Shown one piece after another: positions 12,528-25,832 of a DNA stretch of 64,000 nucleotides. The notes beneath the pieces are model-generated. The model was not told where the DNA came from. It saw only the letters and a program-made list of their open reading frames with translations, and did no database searches. Source of the stretch: Scenedesmus sp. PABB004. Taxonomy: Eukaryota. The stretch spans positions 1,178,001 to 1,242,000 of the forward strand of contig CM026548.1 of the NCBI GenBank assembly GCA_014905635.1. The letters run 5' to 3'. The position numbers and the translations under genes were made by a program. How positions within the stretch are numbered: position 1 is the stretch's first letter; each line of letters opens with the position of its first letter.

Positions 12528-13210
12528 GCTGCGCTGCGCTGCGGGCGTGCGCGGGGCGCGGGGCTGCGAGGCTCGGCTGCGCTGCAAGCTGCGAGCTCGG
12601 GGCAGGCGGGAGTCTGAGTAATTGTTGCAGTTCACACACCGCACGCTCGGCTCGCCAGCCGGTTTGTGCTCCGCGCCGCGCAGTCTCGAGGTTCCCCCCT
12701 TCCCTTTCTCTATCCCGAGCTAGCTAGCTAGCTAGCGGCAACGCCCGCGTTGCCAAGCCATCGCGTGCACGCCAAGCGACGCAGGCGTGCAGCCGCGGCG
12801 GCTGCGCTCCACCTGTGCGCAGCCGCGCGCAAGCGATGCAGAGATGTGTCGGGATCGTCGGAACTACCTGCCGCGCAGCTCAGCACGGTCAAGTGTGCCA
12901 GCGTGAGGCCCTCGGTGCCCAAGCATCACCGTCGTCGTCATCATCACGACGCTCACACAAAGACGGAGCGCGTGTGCCGCACGCGCAGCCGCAGCGGCGG
13001 CCGCGCTAGCTGCTGTCCCGCGACAGCAAAATCCCCCCGCGTGTTTGCTGCCCCGCCTCGGCGCACCGCCATTCTGCCGCTCACGTCATGCACACTACTG
13101 GCGGCGCGCGTTGTCCGCGCCAGGCCCACCGCTGCGCGGCGAAGTCACGGCCAGGGATAATGATGAGACTGCCGGTCCTCCTGTCAACAGCGCCCCTGGC
13201 AATGCACGAC

Positions 13211-13236
13211 TCACCCCGGCTGCTGCTGCTGCGGCG

Positions 13237-13280
<44 letters not shown>

Positions 13281-14531
13281 GGCGGCGGCGGCGCCGTGGC
13301 CCGGGCGACCGCCTCGCCGGCTGCATCGCCAGCCGCCGCCTCGCCGACCACCTCCACAGCTGCCTCGGCGTGCGGAGGCGCCTCCACAGCTCCCTCGCCG
13401 TGCGCCTCACCCGCCGCCTCGGCAATCTGCGGCATCGCCAGCGACCGCCGCCGCGCGCCGCTCGCGGCGGCGCCGAGGCGCAGCGCGCCGCCGCCGCCGC
13501 CGCCGCCGCCCTGGCCCCAGTCGAGCCGGCGGATGATGAGCACGTCAGAGTCATCCAGGCTGGCCTCCAAGTAGAAGCTTCGGTCAGGGTCGTCGCCGCC
13601 GCCCCCGGCGGGCGGCTCGGAGCCGCCGCAGCCCGGCAGCGGCGCGGAGGGGCCGTCGCCGGTCGTCGCGCTGCCGCTGATGGTGCCGGTGCGGCTCGCG
13701 GCGCGGCTGCCGCCGTGGCTGCTCGGCGCCCCGCCGGCCGACGCGGCCGCGGCGGCGGCCATCGCCGCGGGCGTCGACGCGGCGCCGAGCGTGCGCGGCA
13801 CGACGTGCAGCGCCGACGTCGGCCGCGGGTCGGCCGCCCGCATCGCCAGCAGCTCGGCCAGCACCTCCTCAAACGTCGGCCTGCGGCGCCGCCGCCGCCG
13901 CCGCGCGTGAGGGGCAGCGCGCGCGGCGGTCGCGCGCGGCCGCGCACCCACGCGCCGGCCGCCGCGCCGCACCTGAGCTCCCAGCGGCTCTGCCAGCAGC
14001 GCATCGCGAGCTCGGCGTACGCGGGCGGCGCGTCGCTCGGGAAGCGCGGGCGCAGGTGCTCGCGCGTAATCTGGTGCCCCAGCAGCGCGCGCGGGATGCC
14101 CTCAAACGCGCGGCCGGCGGTGAACATCTCCCACAGCGTGATGCCTGCGCGGGCGCAGCAGCGGGCGCGGCGTGGGCGCGGCGCGACGTGGGCGCGGCGT
14201 GCTGTGCCGCCGAACGCGCTCGGATGCGCGCTGCCGCCGCCGCACCAAACGCGTAGACGTCGGCGGCCTTGCTCACGCGGCCGTCCAGCATGATCTCGGG
14301 GGCCATGTGCGACATGGTGCCCTGGAAGACCTGCGGGGCGGGCCAGGGCCGCGCGGGGCGGGCGCGGCCTCGACGGCGCGCCAGCATGATGCGCGGCGCG
14401 CCAGCGCATGCGCGGCGCCCAACCACACCACCCACCCACCCACCCACCCACCCACCCACCCACCCACCCACCCACCCACCCACCCACCCACCCACCCACC
14501 ACCCACCCACCCACCCACCCACCCACCCACC

Positions 14532-14606
<75 letters not shown>

Positions 14607-17600
14607 CGCCCACCTGGGAGATGTGCGTCTCCATGTGATCCATCTTCAGCGAGAGGCCGAAGTCGCCGACCTTGCCGACGACGCCGCGGCCGTCGGAGCT
14701 GCCCGTCGCGAGCATCACGTTGCGTGCCTTGCTGCGGGCGCGCGCGCGGCGCGGGCGGCGCGTGAGCGCGCGCGCACGCGAGCGCCGTGCGCCGCCCTGC
14801 CCACGCCCGCCGCAGCTGCCCCCTCACAGGTCGGAGTGCAGGACGTTGAGCGAGTGCAGGTGCACCATGGCCTTGGCCACGTCGGCCGCGGTGTCCAGAA
14901 TTGCCAGGTAGTTCACGCCTGACCCTGGGGAGGGACGCACGCGAGCGCGCGACGGACGGCAGTCAGCGCGTGGCGCGGCGGCCAGCGCGGCACAGCGGAG
15001 AGGCGGGCGCGGCGCGGCGGCGGTGACCGACGGCGGGGCGAGCACGGTGGCGGCGCGGCGCGTCGCGGCGCACCGAGCTTGAACGCGCCGTCGTCGAGCG
15101 CGTCGCGCAGGCAGCCCTTGTCTGCAAACTCCAGCACCAGGCGCACCTGCGGCGGCGGCAGGCGCGCGTTGGGCCCCGCCGGAAGACAACGCGGGGCGTC
15201 GCGCGCCCGGGCTGCGGCGCGCCGCACGGGGCACCTCGTAGCTGTGCACGGACGAGCCGTCGGCGTTGCGCGGCGTGAAAGACGTTTTGGATGCTACGAC
15301 AGTCGACAAGGACTCCCTGCCGCACGGCACGCGGCGGCGCGGCGGTGAGCAAGGAGCTTCGAGCCGACCGCGCGGGGCGGCGCCGGGCGGCGCCGCGCGG
15401 CCCCGCGCGCGGCGCACCTGCGGGCGCCGGCCTCTGGGTCTGTCAGACTGGCGTTGCTGCTGTTTGAGCCCTCCTGGTCGCGCATCGGCCGGATGGCGTA
15501 GGTGTAGGTCTGCGGGGCGGCCGCGAGGCAGGGAGGCACAGGGACGGGTCAGGGCCGCCAGCAGCACGCGCGGGCTAGCGACGGCGGGCCCCGCGCCGAC
15601 GGCGGCGCCCAGCGCCCGGCACGCCGCCGGGGGCGCGAGCGAGCGCGGGGCGCGCGCGCCTGCACGACGTTGGGGTGGCTCAGGGACGACGAGATTGCTG
15701 CCTCCATGACCGCCCTGCGGCGCGCGCGCGGCGCGGGCGCGTGAGGCGGGCGTGCGTGCGTGCGCTGCGGCGGCCGCCGCCGTGGGCCGCGCCGAGCCGC
15801 CCGCGTGCGCCCCGGCCCGCGCGCTGCCTCACATTTTCTCGCGCTTCTCCGCGCCGCTCATGTTGGCGGGCAGCAGCATCGTCTTGACCGCCACGACCGT
15901 GCCGCGCCACAGGCCCTTGTACACCTGCGGCGCGCGGCGGCGGCGGCCGGTTCGCAGAGGCCCGCCGGCGAGCTGGCGCTGCGGCGCGCGCGCGCGCGCA
16001 TAAGACGCACGCGCGTGCGCCGCCGCCGCGCACCTTGCCAAACGTGCCCTCCCCGAGCAGCTCCACGGTCTGGATGCTCTCCAGGTCCTGCGTGCTCGTG
16101 TTGCTGTTCACGGCCAGCTGGCGGCGCATGGTCTCGATGCGGTCTGCCCGCGGCGGCGGCGGCAGCGGGCGAGGCGCGGGCTCGGCGCGGGGCCGTGGGG
16201 GCCGGCGGCGGCGGCCCCGCGCCGCTGCGAGCGGGGCGCGGCGCGCGCGGCCGCCCCGGCGCGCGCGCGCGCGCGTGCTGGCGCTGGCGCGGGCGCGGCG
16301 CGCACCCAGGGTCAGCCCCTCCTTGGAGGCGAGCGAGGCGTCGGGGCTGCCGGCGTCGCGCGCCTGGCTGCCGCTGCGGCCGCCGAGCACCGCCAGCAGG
16401 TTGTACTGCCGAACCTGCCGGGGCGAGCGGGCGGCGCGGCCAGGGCGCGAGAGCAGCGGCGCGGGCGGCCGTCGGGCTCCGACGCGCGGCCGCAGCGCGC
16501 GGCCGCCCCGCGCGCCGCCCAGCGCGGCGCGGCGCGGCGTGCGGGCGCACCAGCAGCGCGTCCAGGCGCAGCTTCTCCTCCTGCAGCTTGCCGGTCGTCT
16601 CCTCCAGCTGCACGTTGCTCTCCTGCGCGCACGCGCATGGCGCGGCGCGGCGCGGGTGCGCGCTCGCGGGCCGCCGGCGCCGCCGCCGCGCCGCCCAAGC
16701 CGCCCAAGCCGCCCAAGCCGCGCGTGCCCCCCCCCCCCCCCCCGCGCCGCACCATCACGTCGCCAAGCAGCCGCTGCTGCTGCGCCCAGCTCGCCATGAG
16801 CGTGCCCACGAGCGCCGCGACGAGCAGGTTGCCCAGCACGACCGCCGCGATCACGCCGCGCTCCCACTCGGGGCGCCAGCCGCCCTCGGGCTCCAGGTAG
16901 ACCCGCCACACAGCGTTGCCGAGCTTGATGTCGCTCGCGACCGCGCCGTCCTGCAAGGCGCGGCGCGCACGCGGGCGCGGCGGGGTTAAGGGTTTACTCG
17001 CGCCGCGCGCGCGCCAGCGGCGGCCGCGGCCGGCGGTGGCCGAGCCCTGCGCCCTGCGCCCCGCTGGGCGCGCAGCGCCTGCTGGGCGCGCCTGGTGGGG
17101 CCAGGACGAGGAGTTGGCAAACACGTAGTCGCCGGCGTCGTCCGTCCACTTGGGGCGGTTCAGCGCGGGGTCGCCGCGCTCGGTGGCGGTGTAGGGCCGC
17201 GTCATGCTGGCCGGGGCGCGTGGACGGCGGGCGGACGGCGAGGCGGCGGGCGGCGCGTCGGCGCGGCGACGGCCGGCCCGGCGGCACCGCACGCCTCGGA
17301 GCCGTGCCCCCTCCCAGCCGCGGCGCGGCGGCGGCGCGGCGGCGCGGCGGCGCTCACAGCCACTTGTAGTGCTTCTGGCGGAGCAGGTCGAGCCGCGAGT
17401 CGTTGCCGGCGCGCAGGTCGTCGAGCGGGCCGACCGCGGTGGCAAAGCCCCAGAACTTCTCCCGCGCCGCCGCGTCGTAGCAGAGGTCAGTGCAGTTCTC
17501 GGGCACTGCCGCGCGCGCGGCGGGCGCGGCGTCGCGCGGCGGGCGCGGCGGGCGCGGCGTCGCGGAGCGCGCGGCACGGCGTGCCGCCCTGCCCCCGCCG

Positions 17601-19022
17601 CGCGGGCCAGCCCGCCCGCCCGCCCGGCCGCGCGGCGCACGTGTGCGGTTGGTGCCAAACGTCTCGTCGGCGCTGACGTTGCGAATGAAGATCGGGACGC
17701 GCGCGACGGTGCCGAAGTTGCCTTGCACGAGTTTAAGTGGACCATTCATCACGATGTCGCGCGCCTGCAGCGTCGCGAGCGCGCCGCCGCGCAGCGCCGT
17801 CTGCGCGGCGGAGGGCGGGACGGCGCGGCGCGGGGCGGGGCGGGGCGCGGTCGTCGGCGCGCGCGGCGCGGTCGTCGGCGCGCCGCCGCCGCAGCGCGCC
17901 CGCGCGGCGCGGGCCGGCCGCGCGCGCCGGCGCCGGCGGCGGTGGCGTCGGCGGCGGCGCGCCTGGTTGAAAATGTTGATGCCCAGCCGGCTCGCGGTGG
18001 CGTTGTTGTCGGGGCTGATGGCGCTGATGATGCCCATGGGCGAGAGCTGCAGCTCCTGGATCACCTGCCGCCCGCCGTTGACCTGCGCGGCCGCGCGCGC
18101 GGGCGCCGCTCGCGGGCGCCGCGCTGCGCTGCGCCGCGCAGGCAGGGCCCTGGCACCGCGCCACGCCGCGGCCGCGGCCGCGCCGGCGCGGCGGCGCCCG
18201 CGCACCGAGCTGAGCAGCTGCTCCGCGACCGCGGGGAACTCTGCGAGCAGCGGCGCGACGCGGGGGTCCTGCTTGACCAGGATTTTGAGCGTGACCAGCG
18301 GGGTGAAGATTTTCTCAATGGACAGCCGGAACGACGCCGCCTGCGCGGTGGCGTGGCGGCGCGATGGCGATGGCGATGGCGTGGCGGCGTTGGCGGCGGG
18401 CGCGCCACGGGCGCCGCGCCGCGGCGGCGAGCGGCGCGCCAGCCGTCCTCCGCGCTCCGGCTCCAGCCAGCGGCGTGCCGACCGGCGCGCGCGCGCCCGC
18501 GTGCCGCCGCCGCACCCAGTCGAGCGCCGCCGCCGCGGCGGTGGTCCGCGCCTCGGCCTCATACTTGTTCGCGCCGAGCACCACGCCGACGATGCTCAGC
18601 GAGCAGAGCACGGCGAACACCAGCGCCGGCAGCAGCAGCATGAACAGCGGGCGCTCCTTGACGTTGCGCCAGTAGCCCTGCGCGCGGCGGCGGCGGCGGC
18701 GATTCGCGGCGCTGCGGCAGCGGCGCTGCTCGCGGCCGCTGGGCGTTCCTGGGAACGCCTGCGGCGCCGGCCCCGGCACATCCACGGCATCCGAAAGGCC
18801 TGGGGGGGGCCCGCATCGGGCGCGGCTGGCCCCACGGCTCGCCTGGAGGGGGTTGTGCGTGTGCGCTGCTGGCCGCCGCAGCCGGCGCGGCGCGGCGGCC
18901 GCTGGCGGCTTCACGACCAGCGCGACGTGCGACCCGTTGGCGGCCACGGTCGGCTCATCGGGCAGCGCCTTGTCCCCATCGGCTAGCGGAAGCCGCAGCA
19001 GAGATGCAGTCGCTGTCGACAT
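13211..19022 (-). CDS. CHASE-domain transmembrane receptor-like Ser/Thr (TKL) kinase
   Basis: TM1 (LLLPALVFAVLCSLSIVGVVLG); CHASE-like exons (ELQLSPMGII, NGPLKLVQG, ARVPIF, FWGFAT); TM2 (GVIAAVVLGNLLVAALVGTL); coiled coil; kinase motifs LGEGTFGKVY, VAVK, HPNVV, HSDLKARN, DFG, GTMSHMAPE, DVYAFG, RPTF. The poly-Q tail and exact 3' end are less certain. Confidence 0.88.
14427..14604. repeat. (CCCA)n followed by (CA)n microsatellite in kinase intron
   Basis: Direct reading. Confidence 0.95.
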
Positions 19023-19679
19023 AGTCGCTGTCCAAGCCCCCGCCGGGCTCAGCGGGGCGTGCGGAGCTCCATGCCTCTGCCGTGCTGGGAGCGGGAGCGA
19101 GCGGGAGCGAGCGGGTGCGGGCCGGCGGCGGCGGCGGCACCGGCGGCGCAGCGGCAGAGCCTGGCGCGGGCTGCTGAGAGCACGCCGTTTTTACCCAACG
19201 GATTCCCGGGATCACGCCCCACCCGCGGCCAGCAAGCACAGCGTCCCAGCTTGCGGGCGGCCGCCAAAACGCCGGGGGCGCGAACGCGCGCCGGCCGGCG
19301 GCGCCCAAGCAATGCGAGCTGCTCCGATGCTCCGACCACCCCGCCCGCCCTCCCGTCTGCCGCCACCCGCCCCTCCCCCCGCCGCGGCCGCCGCAGGGGC
19401 CGTCCCTCCCTGTGAGTCGCCGCACGGCCACCGGCGGCCGCGCCGGCCGGGGCTTTGCAGCCCCGCGCCACTGCGCGGCCGCGAGCGGCCGCCGCAGCAG
19501 CCGGCCGCTGCCGGCTGCTGCGCCACGCGGGCGCCCTGATTCCGCAGGGCCCCGCCGCGGAGCCCCACGCCCCCTGCCCCGCCCCGCGCGGGGCCGGCGC
19601 GCGCCGCCGGCGGTCTGCCGCTAGGCACGGCAGCGGGCCGGCGGCGCGCGCCGCGGCCCCCGCGCGTCCCTCTCGCGCA

Positions 19680-21008
19680 TCACTGCTCCTTCTCGAGCTC
19701 GGCCAGCGCCTTGGTGCGCCTGCGCTCGCTGCTCTTGGCGTTGACGCTCTTGTAGGTGTTGTTGCCGGTCACGCCCGCGAGCACCAGGCCCAGCACGATC
19801 GCGATGTTGCGCCAGTGCGCGGTCGTCGTGGCCATGCCCAGGCTGGCGTACGAGCCCTGCGACGCGCGGGCCGGGCGCGCGGGTCGAGCGCGGCCCGCGG
19901 CGTGGGCGCGCGGGTGCGCGGCGGGCGCAGGGCGGCCGGGCGCGCGCGGCAGCGCGTGCCCGGCCGCCGCGCGCGGCCGCCGCACCGCGATGAGGGCGTA
20001 GCGCGTGATCTGCTCGCGCGGCGTCATGATGTAGATGCCGTACGCGCTCGACTTGGTGCTCTGCGGCCACGGGCGCCGGCAGCGGAGGTTGTTGCAGCGC
20101 GTGGGCGCCGCGCGGCGTGCGTCGCGGCGGCGGGCAGCGGGCGCGTTGGCGTCGCGGCGGGGTGCGCGGGCGCGGGGCGCCCGCCTCCGCACCTGCTTCT
20201 CCTTGGACTCGAACTCGGCGACGTACGTGACCGTCGCGGGCGCAAACTCGGCGGCAAACGCGCCGTCGTCGGCGACGAGCGTGTAGCTGTGCTGCGCGCT
20301 GCCGCCGACGTCGATCTTGCCCAGGCTCGCCTCCAGGGCGCCCTCGATCAGGCGCAGGCCCTTGGGCACCGGCGCGTCCTCGAGCTGCACGTCGCTCGCG
20401 GCGCTGCGGCGGGCGGCGCGCGGCGGCGCGGCAGCAGCAGCGGCGGCGGCGCGTGAGGCCCCGCCGCTCGCCCCAGGGCGGCCGCCGCGGCGCGCCGCCG
20501 GTCCCCGCCGCGGCACCCCGGCGCGCCGGCGGCCCGGGCGGCCGCGGGCCGTCGGCGGGGCCGGGGGCAGGCCGGGGCGGGCGCAACCGCCGGGCGGCCG
20601 GGCTTGCCCGCCCCTCCCCCGCCGCCACGCACGCGCTGCCGGCGTTGTAGGCCTCCAGGTGGACGGTCAGATTGCGGCCCTGCACGCCCAGCTCCTCCTT
20701 GAACCACTTGCGCACCACCACTGCGCGCGGGCGGCGGCCACGGCGCGCCGATGATCCGCGCGCCCCGCCCGCGCCGCGCCGCGCCCGGCGCCCCGCGCCC
20801 GCCCCAGCGGCACCGCCGGACCACTGCCCAGCAACCCTCGCGAGGCCCCGCGGCGCTCACGGTGCGCGCGGTCGGTGGCGCTGTCGTAGTCCTCATCGTC
20901 CTCCGCCTCCTCCGCCGCGGGAGCCGCCTCCGCCTCCGCCTCCTCCGCCCGCACCACCGCCGCGCCGGCGAGCAGCGCCAGCAGCAGCAGCGACTTCCAG
21001 GCGGCCAT
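19680..21008 (-). CDS. SSR2: Translocon-associated protein subunit beta (TRAP-beta)
   Basis: Signal peptide MAAWKSLLLLALLAGA, then GRNLTVHLEAYNAGS, ASDVQLED, LGKIDVGGSAQHSYTLV, FAPATVTY, a C-terminal TM and a basic tail. Confidence 0.85.
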
Positions 21009-21547
21009 CTCGACCGCTCGATGTGGTTGGGGCGGCGCTCCCGGCGCGTGCGGGCGGTGGGGGAAGCGGTGTGTGTCGGGCGCGCGGGGCGACGGCGGCC
21101 GGGATCGGGAGCGCGGTGCAGGGCCGTTTCTTTGCCCTGAACCCGGCGGCAGGCCGACGTCGGCGCCGCCGCCCGTGCCGCCGGCCGCGCAGGAGAGGTC
21201 CGCCTATGCCGGGCCGATGCAGCGGCGGCCTGGGCGCTACTCCAGCGCGCTGTGGCGGCGGCAGGGAGTGCACTCCGGCGGCGCAGGGCGGCCGGCGCGC
21301 GCTGCGCGGCGAGGCCCGCGCGCCGCCCGGCCGCCGGCGGCGCACCACTCACAATGCCGTCGTGTGAGTCGGGCGGAGCTCTGCCGACGACGTGACGAAC
21401 ACCCCGGGCAGCGCCAACCGCCGCGCCTGCCCGGCTCCCGGCTCCCAGGCAGCACGTGCGCGCGCACGGCGCTCCGCCGCACTCCCCGCCCCGCCCGGCG
21501 CCGCGCCGCACCGCACCTCCCGGCCCCCAGGCTCCAGGCCGCAGGTC

Positions 21548-23279
21548 ATGGCGCCTGTCCCAGGCTCGGCGGCCCCCGCACTGGCGGCGGCGGCGGCGTC
21601 GACGCAGCGCGCCCCGGACGGCGGCGCGCCGAGCCCGGCGGGGCAGCGCAGCGGGCTCAGCCCGCTGCGCTGGCTCACGCGGCGCACGCCGACCAACTAC
21701 GACATGCTGTCCATGCGCTGCCTCGCGCGCGACCTCGGCGGCGCGGCCGCCAACGACGACGGCGTCGCGGGGCTCTTCTTCGCCCGCCTCCTGCCCGCGC
21801 GCGCGTGGTGGCTGCGCCGCGTGCCGGGCGCGGCGCGGCGCTGGCGCGCCGCGCTCGAGCACCGCCGCCTGGGCGCGCCGGGTGCGCCGCGCGGCGGCAA
21901 GCGCGCGCGGGCGCTGCGCGAGCTGCGCCCGACCCCGCTGAACCCGCCCGACCTCAACACCCCGCCTCGACACCCCGCCGCGCGGTCCCACAACCCAACC
22001 CCCAGGCGTCGTGGGCTTTGTGGACGCGCGCACCAAGTGGCTCGACGCGGTGCTGGCGCGCGCGCTCGCGGCGGGCGTCGACCAGGTCGTCGTCGTCGCG
22101 GCCGGGTTCGACACGCGCGCGTACAGGCGCGCCGCACGGGCTCAGCGCGGCGGCGGCGGGCGGCTCCGCTGGCTGCGCAGCGCCGCGCCCGCCGCCGCGG
22201 CCCGAGCTCGCGCGCGCGCCGGGCGCCAGGTTTGGCGCGGCGCACGCGGGCGTGGCGTTCTTCGAGGTCGACCTCCCGCACGCGAGCCGCGCGAAGGCCG
22301 CGCTGGTGGAGGAGCTGCTCACGCCCGCCGCGGCGTTCCCGCGCCCCGCCTTCGTGCCCGCCGACCTCGCGGCCACGCCGCTCGACGCCGCGCTGCTGGC
22401 CGCGCACCCGCCGGGCGGCGGCGGCGGCGCCGGCGGCGGCGGCGGCGGCGCGCGCTTCGACCCCGGCCGCCCCGCGCTGTTCACGGTCGAGGGCCTGGTG
22501 CGCCGCCGTGCGCGTGCGGGGCCGGGCGGCCGGCGGCCGGCGCGCCGGGCGCGGCGCGCACGCGCCGCGCGCCATGCGGCGCCCACGCGGCGGCGGCGGC
22601 GGCGCGGCGGCGGCGCAGGTGTACTACCTGCCGGAGTCGGCGGTGACGCGCCTGCTTGGGGCCGTGCTGCGCCTCGCCGCGCCCGGCTCGCTGCTCGCGT
22701 TTGACTACCTCCACGCGCAGGTGCCTGCGCTGGCGCCAGCGCCAGCGCGAGCCCGGGGCGGAGCGGCGGGCGGGCGGGCGGGCGGGCTCCGCGGCGCGCC
22801 GGCCTGGCGCAGCCGCTCACCCATGCACTCGCCGCCGGCGCCGTGGCCGCCCCGCGCAGGTGCTGGACGCGCCGCCCGGCGCGGTGGTGCCGCCAGCGTA
22901 CGCGGTCACCGCGCGCGCGGTCGCGAGCAAGGGCGAGCCCTTTGTCAGCGGCATCGGCGACAGCGCCGCCGCGCTGGCCGCCTTCCTCGACCGCGTGTCG
23001 GCCGCCGAGGCCGCCGCCGCTGAGGCCACCCCCGGCGGCGAGGGCGCCGCGCCGCCGGCGCCGGCCGGCGCCGCGGCGGCCGCGGGCGGCAAGCGCTTTG
23101 CGGTGAGGGCGCACCTGGGGCCGCGCGAGATGGCAGCCGCTCACCTCCCGGGCGCGGCGTGGGACGACGCCGCGCCGCCGCTACTGAGCTTTTATTCGTT
23201 CGCCGAGGTGGAGGTGGTCGGCGGCGCTGGCTCCTCCGTTGCCGAGGTCGAGGCAGTCGGCGGCGGCGCCGGCGCGTGA
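21548..23279 (+). CDS. SAM-dependent methyltransferase, LCM/ML2640-like family
   Basis: GFVDARTKWLD, QVVVVAAGFDTRAYR, FFEVDLP, FDPGRPALFTVEGL/VYYL, GSLLAFDY and KGEPFVSGI. The start may lie in an upstream exon near 21354. Confidence 0.85.
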
Positions 23280-23795
23280 GATGCTCACTGCGGCGTGTGA
23301 GGCGCGTGGCGCGCCGCACGCCTGGCGCGCTGCGCAGGCGCGCGTAGGCGGCGCGCGCCAGCAGGGCGTGGCGTCCTGATCTGGGAGGTGACGAGTTGCA
23401 GCCAGGAGGGCCGGCCACGCCGCGCAGCGCCGCCGACAACCGACCGCGCGCGCGCGCGACGGCGGCGCAAGCCGCACAACCGCTGCCGCCGCCGCCGACC
23501 CCGCGCAGCGCGCCGCCTCCACACCGCGTCCCTGCCGGCCCCGGACACCCACAAACCACACACGCACAGCCCTCAGCACGTGCATGCGCGCAGGTCGACC
23601 CTGCAGCAGCAGCTCTGAGAAAGCCCCCGCCCGTCGCGCCGCCGCACCTGCTGCCCCTGGCGCGCGGCGGACCGACGCTCAGCCGCGCTTTCTTGCGCCC
23701 CGGGCCGCCAGCTCGGCTCGCTGCTGCTCCGCTGCGGCACACGGCTGAGGGCGGGCTGCGCAGCTCGCTCGCCCCGGCCTCCCGCGCGGGCCCGC

Positions 23796-24768
23796 ATGGC
23801 GTACGCCATGTACGGCAGCCACTTCGGCTCTCTGGAACGAGAGTGAGTGCGCAGCGCCGGCGCGTCGGCAGCTAGCAGGCGCCGCGCCGCCGACGCGTGC
23901 CCCGCTGCTGCTGCCGCTGCGCGCGGCGCCGGCGCAGGCGCAACCAGCAGATCGAGGAGCTGGCGCGGCAGTTCCCGGCCTGCCGGGCCATCAACCAGGA
24001 CCGGTGCGCGCACAAGCGACGGGCGCCGCGGCCGCCGCCAGCGCGCGGCGGCGCGGCGGTTGCAGCGCCGCGCCGCACCGCGCTGCGCGCCCACCGCCCG
24101 CGTGCTCTGCTGGGCGCGCCAGGTCGGTGTTTGACCTGCCCGTGGAGCTCAAGGACAAGAAGAGCACAGCGCTGCGCATCACGCTCACGCCCCACTTCCC
24201 GCAGGCGCGCGCGTGTGGGCCCGACCCGCGCTGCGAGGAGGGGCGCTCGCTGAGCAGCGCCGGCGCCGGCGGCGCCCAGCTCCGCCGCCGCCGCCGCCGC
24301 GCGCAGGAGCGGCCGGGGGTGAGCGTGCTCGTGCCGGTCGCGCACCCCGCGGTCGACCCCACCGGCCGCGTGCATACGCCGCTGCTCGCGGGCTGGGTGT
24401 ACGGCGCGAGCCGCCTCAGCAGCGTCGTTGCCGAGGCGGTGGCCACGCTCGCAGAGGGCCCCGGCGGCGGCGGCGATGGCACCGTGCCCTACCCGGCTGG
24501 CTACCCAGCGCCGGGGCCGCTGTCGCAGGGCCGCGCCAACCTGCTGGGTGCGCCGCCGCGCGCTCCGCCGCCGCCCCGCACCACCGCCGCGGCCGCGGCA
24601 CGCCGCCCACGCGCCGCGCCGCACCGCGCCGCGCCACGCAGGCAGCCCCGGGCGGCCTTCGTCCGCGTCGCCGCAGCGGCACCAGCAGGTGCTGCCGGGG
24701 CCGGCCACGTCGGCGGCGCTGCCCGACTTCAGCAGGCGCGGCGCGGCGGGGGGCGCGCCGCCGCCGCG

Positions 24769-24809
<41 letters not shown>

Positions 24810-25832
24810 GGCGAGCACAGCCGCGGCTGCAGGGGCCCTGCTGGCGCCGAGCGCGCCGCGCCGCCGCCGCGCCGCAGGTTCACCGCGGCGCAGCTGGAGG
24901 AGCTCATGCGCGACGCCTCGGCGTTCAAGGCCCTGCTGCGCGAGGCCGTGCGCGGCTCGCCGGTGCGCGCGGCGCGCCGCGCTCACGCACGGGCGTGCTC
25001 GCGCGCGGGTGACACTCGCGCGCGGGGCCGCGCTCACGCGCGGGCCCGCGCCCTGCGCCCGCAGATGGCCGCGACGCTGGAGGACATCCGGGTGAAGAAC
25101 CGGCAGCTCGCCGAGTCCAACCTGAGCAAGCAGAGCGCGATCAGCGAGGCGCGCCGCCGCGCGCGCGCGCCGCTGCGCGCCCCCCGGCGCCTGCCTCCTT
25201 CGCCCGCCCTCCGCCGCCGGGCGCCGCCCCTCCGGCTGACGCTGAGAGCCACTCCCCCGCCGCCGCGCCCTCCCTCACCCTCCCGCCGCGCCCCCGCTGC
25301 GCTCCCATGCCCAGGCGCGCAACCAGCTGGCCGTGGTGCGTGGCAGCGAGTACACGCTCATCAAGAGCCGCTTCGACGCCCTCTACGCACGCCAGGCCAA
25401 GGCGCGCGGGGCGGCGGCGGCGCGGCGGGAGGGGCGCGCGGGAGGGGGTGCGGAGGGGACGCGCGGCGCAACGCGGTCGAGTCAACCGCTGTGCTGCCTG
25501 CCTGCCGCGCGCCGCAGGTGCTGTCGGTCATGGGCGGCGTCGTGTGGCGGGAGCGGCTCGAGGAGGCCGTCTCCGCGAGCGACGCCGCGTCGGGCGCGCT
25601 CGCCGCCGACTTCCTCGCGGGTGCGCGCCGCCGCGGCGCGCGGGGCGCGCCGCGGGCCGGGCGGCTTGCTCAGCCGCAAGAGCTGCCCCCGCGCGCAGGC
25701 GACCTCCCGCTGGATGACTTTGTCGGCAAGCACGTGGAGGCGCGCATCGCGCACCACGCGCTGGACCTCAAGCGCCAGGCCGCCGAGGCGCTGCTCGCGG
25801 CGGACGGCTCCGCAGCCGCCGGCGGCGCGTGA
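23796..25832 (+). CDS. VPS37: ESCRT-I subunit VPS37-like (N-terminal UEV-like plus C-terminal Mod(r) domain)
   Basis: N-terminal ALRITLTPHFPQ/ERP...VAHPAVD...LAGW (UEV-like). C-terminal LEDIRVKNRQLAESNL, RLEEAVSASDAASGALAADFL and LDDFVGKHVEARIAHH (Mod_r). Confidence 0.78.

Noticed and set aside
12728..13210. Possible extra terminal exon of the CHASE kinase (GTGAGT near 13213)
   Set aside because: An in-frame stop is already present at 13211 and I found no convincing acceptor or conserved peptide.
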